Below, piece by piece: positions 43,075 through 52,978 of a stretch of DNA of 64,000 nucleotides. Under the pieces are notes generated by a model. It was given only the letters and a program-made list of their open reading frames with translations, had not been told where the DNA came from and searched no databases. This DNA comes from Acidobacteriota bacterium (lineage in GTDB: Bacteria > Acidobacteriota > UBA6911). The position numbers and the translations under genes are program-made. Position 1 is the first letter of the stretch, and every line of letters begins with the position of its first letter. The stretch lies in assembly GCA_963664705.1 (NCBI GenBank), contig OY761556.1, positions 256,001-320,000 on the forward strand, in the 5' to 3' direction.

Positions 43075-43478
43075 ATATTCTCCCTCAAACGTGAGGATAA
43101 GGAGGATGGGCGGTGGACTCCTGAGCCGATTCGTCTCAAATCCTCTGTTGCGATTTGGATAATTTCCTACATGTTGCCTGAAATCGATAAATCCGGGCAA
43201 TGGGGCATTCTAGCCGAAGATGAAGATGCCAGATAATGATATCTGGAAGTCACAGGCTTTCCTGAAACAGCCTATCCATAGATTCGGAGTGCGTTATCGA
43301 GTGATAGCACAGAGGCGGAATTATTTTTTTCTGTTCGCTATGTTATTTGATGCCCATAATCATGATGTTTCTGCCGGTCTCAGGAGAATACCATGGAATT
43401 TGCGAGCTATTGGGCTCGCGCCATGGCTCGGACGAAAACCTGTTGAGCACGGAATAGGGTCAAATGGGAGGACAGGGG

Positions 43479-46400
43479 ATGAAAAGGACTGTTTGCGCGG
43501 TTCTGAGGCGTATAGAGATAACCCGAAGCTGCATTCCAGGCGTTGCACTCCTATGCCTGTTCGTCATGCAGCCATGTTCTGCCGGGACTCGGGAAGAATT
43601 GTTCTCCGCGATTGAACGTGGAGATCTCGAGGTAGTTCGAAGTCTCCTGAACTCGGGCGCAGACCCGAATAGCTGCTCTGATGGTATCTTTCATCCGCTT
43701 ATTGCGGCATCCGAAGCCGGCCGGATAGATATAGCCAGGCTTTTGGTCGAGAAGGGATCCAATGTCAATGGGGGGTGTCCTGGCGCGCTGGCGCCTCTGA
43801 TAATGGCCGCGAGCAGGGATCGTGTCGAAATCGTTCAATGGCTGCTGGAGAAGGGAGCTGACATCAATGTCAAGGACATGAGCGGACGAACCGCCCTTAT
43901 GACAGCGGCAGAGAAGGGGGCCATAAGATCACTGACCGTTCTCCTGAAGATGGGCGCCGATGCCAAAGCCCAGGATCAGATGGGAATGACTGCCTATGAG
44001 TTGGCCGTGCAAAACCAGAAAGGGGAGGCTGCGCGGCTGCTGGGAGGGAAACCGGTCAATATCAGGAATGCCGCAGCAGACCGGAGGCGGCTGCAGGAAG
44101 CGATGTTCAAAGATAATACGCAGCTGGTCCGTCAGATTCTCGATGAAGGAGCTGATGTCAATTCCCGTGTTGACGGCCAGACGCCGCTCGAAACGGCAAT
44201 TGCTTTTGGACGCGAGGATATTGTTGCTCTTTTGTTGGAAAAGGGTGCGGATGTCAATGCCAGCGGATTTGAGAATCGGACGCCATTGATGCTTGCTGTA
44301 GAGGACGGCAAAACGAAAATTGTCTGGCTGCTGGTGAATAAGGGAGCCGACCTAAAAGCCCAAAATGTCTTTGGCCAGACGGCGCTGAACCTCGCCACCC
44401 GGGAACGGCGAACGGAAATCGTCAAGCTTTTGACAAACAAGCCTTCCGGGCCTCCCCCCGGTCCGACTCAGAAGGAGTTGAGTGAAGAGTTGACGATGGC
44501 GACCGCTGCGGGGAATATCGAAAAAATCAAGGAGTTGCTGGCCAGGGGAGCGGATAAGAACGGGATCAAGGGCGATGCGATGCCTCCGCTGCTAATGGCC
44601 GTTGGAAGCGGAAAGCCGGAAGTCATCGACGTGCTGCTGCAGGCCGGGGCTGATATCAACACGCGTGGAGCTATCGGAATGACCGGTCTGATGCTGGCGG
44701 CAAATCATGGCCGCCTTGAATTGGTGCGATACCTTCTGGATCGAGGTGCCAATGCCAATGCAAAAACAGATGCAGGACAGACTGCCCTGACACTGGCTTC
44801 CGGAAAAGACCGGGCAGAGATCATAAAACTCTTGACCGCGAGAGGGTCCCGCCTGGATCCCCAGTCGGACATGTATTCGGATATCATGAAAAACTCCGGC
44901 GCAAAGGGAGAAGATAGCGTTGCTGGTAAAAAGATGGGTTCCGCGATTGCCAAGGCGAAGACGCAGTCCCGTCATTCCGTAATTGCATTGCTGGATGCCG
45001 CATCGGCAGGAGACGTGGAGGCGCTGCGCCTGCTGTTGGCACAGGGTGCCGATGTCAATGGGGAGAACACGGGGCAGGACACGGCGCTTTTAAAGGCGTC
45101 GAGCGGCGATCATATGGAGGCCGTGAAGTTGCTCCTCGATCGCGGCGCCAATGTGAATGCCGCTAATTTCTCCGGACGCACGCCATTGCTTGAGAGCGCC
45201 GGGCGCCACAATGTGGAGCTTTCCCGTTTGTTGATTGCCCAGGGTGCAAGCATTAACGCGGCGGATCGTGACGGACGCACGCCGCTGATGGAATCGGTCT
45301 GTTCCGGGAGCCCGGAAATAGTGCAGATGCTGGTCGATAAGGGCGCCAATGTGAACGCGGCGGATAAAGAGGGGAAGACCGCCTTCTTTCACCAGTGCCA
45401 GGGCGGAGAAAGCACGAACAAGGTTGCCGAAATTCTAAAGCTTCTGATTGCCCGAGGCGCCAACGTGAATGCAAAAACACTGAAGGGCAAAACCATGCTG
45501 ATGTCGGCGGCGGACACCAGCACCGTCGAGGTGGTTGGAATTCTCCTGGATAAAGGTGCCGACGTGAATGCCCGCGACAGCCGCGGGCTGACGGCCCTGC
45601 TTACCGCGCTTACAACGCACTATTACAGGTCCGATACGGTGCGACTTCTTGTGAATCGCGGCGCCGATGTCAACGCTGCCACAGCGGATGGACTTACGCC
45701 GCTGATGTGCGCATCCGAACCGGACTTTGTCCGAATGCTGATCGACAGGGGGGCGAATATTCATGCGGTCGATCGCAGCGGCAGAAGCGTTTTGTACCAC
45801 CACGGACGATATCTCAAGACCGCGCAGATGCTGTTGGCAGAAGGCGCAAGACCGCTGAAGACAGATACAATTGCCATCTATGCGACCGGCGGCGACTTTC
45901 CGTGCCTGGAATGCTCGCTGCTTTTCCTGGACAATGGTGTGGACTTGGAGGTGCGCGACCGATTGGGCGAAACGTTGTTGATGCATGCCGTCGGTTTCAA
46001 TGAGCTCTCCTTCATGCAGAACCTGTTGAATCGCAAAGCCGACGTGAGGGCTGCGGATCCGCAAGGCAACACTGTTTTGCATAAGGTCGCATTTGTGGAA
46101 TATGCGGAACTCCTTTTAGCCAGGGGAGTGGACGTCAATGCCCGCAACAAAGACGGCCGAACACCGCTGATGACCCAGAGCCGCGCTAAAATTGCCGAGG
46201 TTTTGATCCGGAAGGGCGCTCAGGTAAATGCCCGTGACAGCGAAGGGAACACCGCCCTTATTCTAAGCCGCAGTTTTGACAAAACGGAGCTTCTGGTCAA
46301 TCAGGGGGCCGATTTGACAATTCGGAACAACAAAGGCGAAACTGCGTTGACGGCTGCGGCGGAGCTGGCTGATACCTTCAGCGCGACTGTTCTCTTGAAG

Positions 46401-46514
46401 AAGGGAATTGACGTAAATGCCCGAACGACCAATGGCGAGACAGCCTTGAGCATTGCAATTCGAAAAAAAGATGCAGCCATGACTACGCTTCTCAAGAAAG
46501 CAGGCGCACTGTAG
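43479..46514 (+). CDS. Large, probably exported ankyrin-repeat protein (~29 repeats)
   Basis: Repeated G.TPL..A...G....V.LLL..GADVN; N-terminal basic then hydrophobic leader. Confidence 0.93.
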   Translation: MKRTVCAVLRRIEITRSCIPGVALLCLFVMQPCSAGTREELFSAIERGDLEVVRSLLNSGADPNSCSDGIFHPLIAASEAGRIDIARLLVEKGSNVNGGCPGALAPLIMAASRDRVEIVQWLLEKGADINVKDMSGRTALMTAAEKGAIRSLTVLLKMGADAKAQDQMGMTAYELAVQNQKGEAARLLGGKPVNIRNAAADRRRLQEAMFKDNTQLVRQILDEGADVNSRVDGQTPLETAIAFGREDIVALLLEKGADVNASGFENRTPLMLAVEDGKTKIVWLLVNKGADLKAQNVFGQTALNLATRERRTEIVKLLTNKPSGPPPGPTQKELSEELTMATAAGNIEKIKELLARGADKNGIKGDAMPPLLMAVGSGKPEVIDVLLQAGADINTRGAIGMTGLMLAANHGRLELVRYLLDRGANANAKTDAGQTALTLASGKDRAEIIKLLTARGSRLDPQSDMYSDIMKNSGAKGEDSVAGKKMGSAIAKAKTQSRHSVIALLDAASAGDVEALRLLLAQGADVNGENTGQDTALLKASSGDHMEAVKLLLDRGANVNAANFSGRTPLLESAGRHNVELSRLLIAQGASINAADRDGRTPLMESVCSGSPEIVQMLVDKGANVNAADKEGKTAFFHQCQGGESTNKVAEILKLLIARGANVNAKTLKGKTMLMSAADTSTVEVVGILLDKGADVNARDSRGLTALLTALTTHYYRSDTVRLLVNRGADVNAATADGLTPLMCASEPDFVRMLIDRGANIHAVDRSGRSVLYHHGRYLKTAQMLLAEGARPLKTDTIAIYATGGDFPCLECSLLFLDNGVDLEVRDRLGETLLMHAVGFNELSFMQNLLNRKADVRAADPQGNTVLHKVAFVEYAELLLARGVDVNARNKDGRTPLMTQSRAKIAEVLIRKGAQVNARDSEGNTALILSRSFDKTELLVNQGADLTIRNNKGETALTAAAELADTFSATVLLKKGIDVNARTTNGETALSIAIRKKDAAMTTLLKKAGAL

Positions 46515-46698
46515 ATCGGCAAGTCGAATTCCAGATTCCAGACACGGCGGGTTCTTGTAGCGATTTTGTGGTGTCATGCGTTACTATGGTCCGGATTGCT
46601 GGATGCCGCATCCGGCTCGCGCGTCTCATTTCCAGTCACTGTTTCAGTTCGTAGGTCTTTGCATAGGGTGTTAACGCTTATTGCATGGCCGAGGTCCC

Positions 46699-49600
46699 AT
46701 GAATAAATCCCTGCGGATTCTCTGTGTCGAAGGCAGCCCCTCCGATTTTTCCCTGATTCAGCAGCATCTGAAGAAATACCTCCCGCAGGTGGAGTTGAAT
46801 CGCGTTACCTGCGAGGCTGATCTGAAGACCGCACTTGAGGACGGAGTCTGGGATGTGGTGCTTTCCGCTTTTGCAGGTCCGGGCTTTGATTTCAAAGATG
46901 TGCTGCAAATGCTTCTGCCCTGGCGCGATGAGCTTCCGGTCATCCTGGTTTCTGACCGTCATGAACAGGAACAGGCGGTACAACTTCTCAGCCAGGGAAT
47001 CTGGGACTTTATTCTGAAGGACAATCTGACTCGCCTTGTTCCCACGATAGAGCGCAGCGTGAAGGATGTTGAAAATTATCGTGCGCGTCGAAAGGCTGAG
47101 CTTGCGCTGCAGGCAAGTGAAGAGCGATTCCGGGCGATTTTCGAGAACAACCCTGAGGGAGTTCTTGTGGTGGATGCGACCGAAAAGCGGATTCTCATGG
47201 CTAATCAGAGCATGTGCCGGATCCTGGGATATCGCTTGGATGAGCTGTCGCAGTTGGGCGTCATCGACATACATCCCCAGATCAATCAGCCGCGCGTTCA
47301 CCTGGAATTTGACGATCTTGCGCGGAAGGAGAGGCATTTCGCAAAAGAAATTCCTGTATTGCGCAAAGACGGATCCATTTTCCTGGCGGATATCAGTGCC
47401 AGCAATTTCGAGGTTGGCGGCCAGCGGTTCATGGTGGGTCTGTTTCACGATATCACTGAGCGTAAATTTGCCGAAGATGCACTGGAGGCGGAGGCTACCC
47501 GGCGACGAATTCTGGTGGACGCGTCCTGGGATGGAGTCGTTGTTCTTGATCAGGATGCCGCGGTTGTTGAGGCTAACCGGCGTTTTGCGGAGATGCTGGG
47601 CTATTCTGCGGATGAAGTCCGCCATTTGCATGTCTGGGATTGGGATTTCCAGTGGTCCAGGGAAATGGTATTGGATTCCATCCGTTCTGCTCCTGCGGGC
47701 GGGTATTTTGTGACGCAACATCGGCGCAAGGATGGGTCGGTGTTCGATGTCGAGATTTCAACAAATTACGCCGAATTGAAGGGCCAAAGACTTTTCTTCT
47801 GTGTTTGCCGAGATATTACAGAGCGCAAACAGGCCACGGAAGCGCTCGCACAGAGAGAAGAGATATTCTCGATCATTGTCGGCCAGGCCATGGATGCCAT
47901 TACCGTTGTGGATGTATCCAACGGGCGATTCGTTGAATTCAATACCGTCGCGCATGAAGGACTTGGCTATACACGTGAGGAATTTGCAGCTTTCAGTATT
48001 GCCGACATCCAGGGCGAGCACACACCTGAGACCATACAACAGAATCTAACTGCCATTCGTCTCCAGGGCGAACTGAGTTTTGAATCGAAGCATCGCCATC
48101 GGGATGGCAGTTTGCGTGACGTGCGGATCAGTGTCCGAAAACTGAGCATCAGGGATCGTGAGTACGCGGCAGCGGTCTGGACGGACATTACTGAGCGCAA
48201 GCGCGCCGAGCAACGCAATTCCCGCGATGCGTTGCGGACCGAGTTCCTGCTGCAATTGCATCAAACCGCATCTCAGATGACGGATCGGGAACTCTATGAC
48301 CATGTTCTGGAGCGCGCGGTACGGCTTACCGAGAGTTCCATCGGTTTCTTCCACCAGGTATCCGAGGACCAGAATTCTATTCTGCTGACCACCTGGAACA
48401 GGGGGGCGCTCGAGAACTGCACTGCCAACTATGATTCACATTATCCCGTGAACACGGCCGGCAACTGGGTGGACTGCATTCGTGAGCAGAGGCCGGTTGT
48501 CTATAACGATTATGCGACTTCGCCCAATCAAAAAGGGCTTCCTGAAGGGCACGCGCCGGTGAAGCGGTTTATGAGTATTCCGGTGATTCGCGATCAAAAA
48601 GTCCGCATTATCTTCGGCGTGGGCAACAAGGCAACGGATTATGACGACAGTGATGTTTCCCAGTTGCAGATTGTTGCCAACGAACTGCATAAGATAATGA
48701 CGCAGCGGGCCGCTCAAAATCAGCTGCGGCAACTGTCACAGGCCGTGGCTCAAAGCACAACCAGTGTTGTGATCATGGATACGGCGGGTGCAATTGAATA
48801 TGTCAACCCCAGGTTTACCCAAGTTGTAGGGTACTTCCTAGATGAAGTGCAGCATCGCAGTTTCAGGCTTCTAAAGCCGGATACTGTTTCGATGGAGGAT
48901 GAAAAGGGAATTTGGGGGGCAATCCTGGATGGCAAGGAAGGGTGGCATGGGGAGCTTCAAATCCGAAAGAAAAATGGAGAGCTTTATTGGGAATCCGCGT
49001 CGGTTTCTCCCATTGTTGATGCCATGGGCCAGATAACCCATTTTGTAGCTGTTATGGAAGATATTGCGGAACGAAAGCGGCTGGAGTTGTTCCGTGAGGC
49101 GCTTCTATCTCTCGGGAATCAGCTCAATAGCACACGAGATGCCGCAAGTGTGGGCAGGTCTGTGATTGGGATTGCCGATCGATTGTGGCGGTGGGATGCC
49201 GCACGGCTGGATGTCATCGATGCAGGCACGCAGCAGGTTTCGTCGATTTTTAGAGTGGGGCTTGTGAACGGAAAGCGTTTTGAGCTGCCACCGCTCGGAG
49301 TTATCCCGCTTACAGAGCAGATGCAGCGAGTGATCGTGCGCGGACCCGAGTTGCAGAGTGTTGCCATGGAGGGGCTGCCCGAGGCCATCCCATTTGAAAC
49401 CGAAGGGTGCCAGGGGGCATCCATGATGTGCGTGCCCATTCATCGTGAAATGCACATTGTGGGATTTCTTTCTATTTGCAGCTATTCGACCGGCGCCTAC
49501 ACGCAGGAAGATCTGAAAATATTCCAGGCCCTGGCGGATTACTGCGGGGGCGCACTCGACCGCATTCGATCTGAGGAGTCCCTCCGCGAAAGCGAAGGAA

Positions 49601-51108
49601 GATATCGCAACCTTGTGGAAACGACGTTTGACTGGATCTGGGAGACAGATGCGAACGGGCGCTATACCTATGCCAGTCCCAAGGTTAAGGACCTCCTTGG
49701 ATATGCGCCGGAAGAGGTTATTGGCAAAAGCCCCTTCGATCTTATGACGGAGCGAGAAGCCCATCGAGTGAGCGCGCTTTTCCGGGAAATTGCAGCTGCG
49801 CAAAAGCCATTTTCCGGCCTGGAAAATGCCAACCGCCACAAGGATGGACACCTGGTAATTCTGGAATCCTCCGGAGTTCCGGTGGTGGATGAATCCGGCA
49901 GACTCAAGGCGTACCGCGGAATGGATCGGGATATCTCGGAACGAAAACGACTGGAAGAGCAATTTCGCCAGGCGCAGAAGCTTGAGGCGGTCGGGCAGTT
50001 GGCCGGCGGTGTCGCCCATGATTTTAACAATATCCTGGCGGCGATCATGATGCAGCTGGACCTGTTGCGGCTAAGTCCGGCTCTGGATGACGAAATGCTG
50101 CAGGGGTTGGATGAGCTGGGAGAACAGGCGCAGCGCGCCGCGGGTTTGACCCGTCAATTGCTGATGTTCAGTCGACGGTCAGTCCTGACAACCGCTCCGT
50201 TGGATCTCAACGAGGTTGTGGAAAACCTTCTCAAAATGCTGCGCCGCCTGATTGGGGAACAGATTGATCTGCGCTTTGACGGCAAGACCGGATTGCCGCT
50301 TGTGGAAGCGGATGCCGGGATGATTGATCAGGTTCTGTTGAATCTGGTTGTCAACGCAAGGGACGCCATGCCTAAAGGCGGGCGGATCACGATCAGCACA
50401 TTCACCGTTGATTTGGACGAGGCGGATTGTGTCATGAATCCTGATCGACGATCCGGCAGTTTTGTCTGCCTGGCAGCCTCCGACACGGGAATGGGCATGG
50501 ATTCCTATACGATGGAGAAGATTTTTGAACCGTTTTTCACCACAAAGGAGGCGGGCAAAGGAACCGGGCTGGGGCTGGCAACAGTTCACGGCATCGTGGC
50601 TCAGCATAAAGGCTGGATTGAAGTGGAAAGCACTTTAGGAAAAGGTTCGACCTTCAAGGTGGTATTGCCGGCGCTGATTCATCCAGTCGATCTTGTGTTG
50701 CCCAAAGAATCCAGGGTACCGCTGCGCGGCGGCAGTGAGACAATTTTGTTTGTGGAGGATGACACGTCCGTCCGTCAGATGGTCGATCAAGCCTTGCGTG
50801 CGCTGGGTTATTCGGTGCACACGGCAAAAAATGGACGGGAAGCCATGGCTCTTTGGAACATATGCGGAGCCGATGTCGATCTTCTATTCACCGATATGGT
50901 GATGCCGGAAGGGATGAGCGGGATGGATCTGGTTGAGCGATTGCGGATGCTGAAACCGGGTTTGAAGGCAATCATCTCAAGCGGGTACAGCACCGAAATT
51001 GTCCAGGATGGAGTCCTTGATTCTGCCGATGTAACGTATCTTCCCAAACCCTATGAGGCAAGAGCGTTGGCGGAAGCCGTGTGGCAATGCCTGCATGCGC
51101 GGAAATGA
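46699..51108 (+). CDS. Cytoplasmic hybrid histidine kinase (REC-like, 5 PAS, 2 GAF, HisKA, HATPase, REC)
   Basis: Multiple DITERK PAC ends, AGGVAHDFNN, NLVVNARDAM, FFTTK, GTGLGL, C-terminal TDMVMP. Confidence 0.93.
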   Translation: MNKSLRILCVEGSPSDFSLIQQHLKKYLPQVELNRVTCEADLKTALEDGVWDVVLSAFAGPGFDFKDVLQMLLPWRDELPVILVSDRHEQEQAVQLLSQGIWDFILKDNLTRLVPTIERSVKDVENYRARRKAELALQASEERFRAIFENNPEGVLVVDATEKRILMANQSMCRILGYRLDELSQLGVIDIHPQINQPRVHLEFDDLARKERHFAKEIPVLRKDGSIFLADISASNFEVGGQRFMVGLFHDITERKFAEDALEAEATRRRILVDASWDGVVVLDQDAAVVEANRRFAEMLGYSADEVRHLHVWDWDFQWSREMVLDSIRSAPAGGYFVTQHRRKDGSVFDVEISTNYAELKGQRLFFCVCRDITERKQATEALAQREEIFSIIVGQAMDAITVVDVSNGRFVEFNTVAHEGLGYTREEFAAFSIADIQGEHTPETIQQNLTAIRLQGELSFESKHRHRDGSLRDVRISVRKLSIRDREYAAAVWTDITERKRAEQRNSRDALRTEFLLQLHQTASQMTDRELYDHVLERAVRLTESSIGFFHQVSEDQNSILLTTWNRGALENCTANYDSHYPVNTAGNWVDCIREQRPVVYNDYATSPNQKGLPEGHAPVKRFMSIPVIRDQKVRIIFGVGNKATDYDDSDVSQLQIVANELHKIMTQRAAQNQLRQLSQAVAQSTTSVVIMDTAGAIEYVNPRFTQVVGYFLDEVQHRSFRLLKPDTVSMEDEKGIWGAILDGKEGWHGELQIRKKNGELYWESASVSPIVDAMGQITHFVAVMEDIAERKRLELFREALLSLGNQLNSTRDAASVGRSVIGIADRLWRWDAARLDVIDAGTQQVSSIFRVGLVNGKRFELPPLGVIPLTEQMQRVIVRGPELQSVAMEGLPEAIPFETEGCQGASMMCVPIHREMHIVGFLSICSYSTGAYTQEDLKIFQALADYCGGALDRIRSEESLRESEGRYRNLVETTFDWIWETDANGRYTYASPKVKDLLGYAPEEVIGKSPFDLMTEREAHRVSALFREIAAAQKPFSGLENANRHKDGHLVILESSGVPVVDESGRLKAYRGMDRDISERKRLEEQFRQAQKLEAVGQLAGGVAHDFNNILAAIMMQLDLLRLSPALDDEMLQGLDELGEQAQRAAGLTRQLLMFSRRSVLTTAPLDLNEVVENLLKMLRRLIGEQIDLRFDGKTGLPLVEADAGMIDQVLLNLVVNARDAMPKGGRITISTFTVDLDEADCVMNPDRRSGSFVCLAASDTGMGMDSYTMEKIFEPFFTTKEAGKGTGLGLATVHGIVAQHKGWIEVESTLGKGSTFKVVLPALIHPVDLVLPKESRVPLRGGSETILFVEDDTSVRQMVDQALRALGYSVHTAKNGREAMALWNICGADVDLLFTDMVMPEGMSGMDLVERLRMLKPGLKAIISSGYSTEIVQDGVLDSADVTYLPKPYEARALAEAVWQCLHARK

Positions 51109-51151
51109 CCCCTCCGATAGATGCCGGGGGAGCGCACCGGCGCTCACCCGG

Positions 51152-51946
51152 TCAGAATCGGTAGAAGGATCGGCGGCGGCGTTCAAACCGAACCAGTTCT
51201 TTATACCCTGCTTCCCGGGCTAATTCCTGCGCGCGCTCGAAGTGCCGGGTCACTTCTCCTGTCGAGTGAGCATCGGAATTGATGACCAGCGGAATCCCTC
51301 GACGGTACGCCTCCTGCAGGTAGCTCAGACACGGGTAAGCTTCGCCCACGGGCCTATCCCATCCTGATGTATTGATTTCAATGGCTATGTTTGCGTTTGC
51401 GATCGCATCCAATACGGAGAGGGCCTCTGCGGTCAGATCCACCGTGGGATAAAACTTGAATTTCTTGGGAAGATCGAAATGACCGATAATGTCATAAATG
51501 CCGGACTGTGCCGCTTCCCGCAACAGTTCCCAGTAGCTGCTCCACAGGGCATTGCGCATTTCCTGGGTGACTTCCTGCCAGGGCTGAACACTGAAATCGA
51601 CAGGGAACGCATCGATAAAATGCACCGAGCCTATCAGGTAGTCAAATGGGAAAGGAGCCAGGCTCTTCCGAATCAGGTCGATCGTTTCCGGGAAATAATC
51701 CACCTCCAGACTCAACCGGACTTTGATGTCGGTGCTGGCCTTCTGCGCGGCTTCCACTTCTTCGACGTAGGAGCGAAGGGAGTCCGGTGCAAGGGCCCAG
51801 GAAACCGGCGTTCCTGGGCCTAGTGCGAAATGATCCGAAATGCCGAATTCCTGAAGCCCGGCGGACCGTGCCGCTTCGATCATATCCGTCACAGTCGCCG
51901 ATCCGTCGCTCCATTTTGTATGGTTGTGATAGCTTGTGTGTATCAT
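51152..51946 (-). CDS. PHP-family phosphatase (HisJ-like histidinol phosphatase)
   Basis: YHNHT, ISDH, LEVDY, IGSVH, GHFD, EINTSG, SDAH. Confidence 0.88.
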   Translation of the reverse strand: MIHTSYHNHTKWSDGSATVTDMIEAARSAGLQEFGISDHFALGPGTPVSWALAPDSLRSYVEEVEAAQKASTDIKVRLSLEVDYFPETIDLIRKSLAPFPFDYLIGSVHFIDAFPVDFSVQPWQEVTQEMRNALWSSYWELLREAAQSGIYDIIGHFDLPKKFKFYPTVDLTAEALSVLDAIANANIAIEINTSGWDRPVGEAYPCLSYLQEAYRRGIPLVINSDAHSTGEVTRHFERAQELAREAGYKELVRFERRRRSFYRF

Positions 51947-52920
51947 TGAGCTTTTGCCAATACATTCCAGATCAGAGCACCCGCTCCGAGCACCGCTGTA
52001 TTGCCCTCACTAAGCATGGATGGAAGCAGCTTCACTTTGTTTCTGAAGATCGGGAAAAGATGTTCCTCCAATGAGCGCCGGGTCGGTTCAAAAATCAGCT
52101 CTCCTGCCGCGGCCAGGCCGCCAAAAAAGATGATGGCTTCAGGACTCAGGTGTGCCACGGAGTCTGAAAGCTTCATGCCGAGAATATGCCCGGTGTACTC
52201 GAAGGCCTGCAGTGCAAGCGTGTCGCCCCCATGGGCTGCCTCCGAAACCATTTCTGCCGTCAGCTCCTCGTAGCTGATGCTTCGAAGCCGACTCGGTTCG
52301 GTCGTGTTGCAGATAAGCTCCTGCACAGTCCTGCAAAGTCCGGTCGCGGAACAATAGGCCTCAAGGCAACCGAGCTTTCCGCATCCGCATTTCCGGCCAT
52401 TCGGATCGACGATAGTGTGCCCAACCTCTCCTGCAAAGCCGTCCGCGCCATAGATCAGCTCGCCGTTTGAAACGATCCCGCTGCCCAGACCTGTTCCAAG
52501 CGTAATGACGACGAAATCCTTCATGCCGCGTGCGGCGCCGAACAGCATTTCTCCAAGGGCGGCTGCGTTGGCATCGTTCGTTATCGCAATGGGCAGGCTG
52601 TAATATTTTCCCAGTTGTGCGCGCACGTCGACATAGTCCCAGCCGAGATTCGGCGGATGCTCGATGGTGCCCTTGTGGTAGTTGGCGTTGGGGGCTCCGA
52701 TCCCGATACCGGCCAGTTCGGCATTCTTCGGCAGAGATTGGGCGAGTGAGATGGCCGCTTCGTGCAGCCGAGCGAAAAAGCGCTCGACCGGTTGATTGGC
52801 TTCGGTGGGCATGGATCCGTTGGCGAGGCATTTGCCCGTTCGATCCACATAGCCGTATTTTGTATTCGTGCCGCCAATATCCACTCCAAGGACGACCGGA
52901 TTCTTGTCTGCATTTTCCAT
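51943..52920 (-). CDS. ROK-family sugar kinase (glucokinase-like)
   Basis: GVDIGGT, NDANAAALGE, TLGTGLG, GEVGH, CGCGKLGCLE. Confidence 0.93.
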   Translation of the reverse strand: MENADKNPVVLGVDIGGTNTKYGYVDRTGKCLANGSMPTEANQPVERFFARLHEAAISLAQSLPKNAELAGIGIGAPNANYHKGTIEHPPNLGWDYVDVRAQLGKYYSLPIAITNDANAAALGEMLFGAARGMKDFVVITLGTGLGSGIVSNGELIYGADGFAGEVGHTIVDPNGRKCGCGKLGCLEAYCSATGLCRTVQELICNTTEPSRLRSISYEELTAEMVSEAAHGGDTLALQAFEYTGHILGMKLSDSVAHLSPEAIIFFGGLAAAGELIFEPTRRSLEEHLFPIFRNKVKLLPSMLSEGNTAVLGAGALIWNVLAKAQ

Positions 52921-52978
52921 AAAGCATGGTTCCTATCTTATGAATTGCAGGAGCGCGTCCGCGAATCAGGACATGCTC

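Noticed and set aside
49105-50019. 304-aa minus-strand ORF, and similar long ORFs opposite atpA, ppk1 and the helicase
   Set aside because: Antisense shadows of well-supported genes
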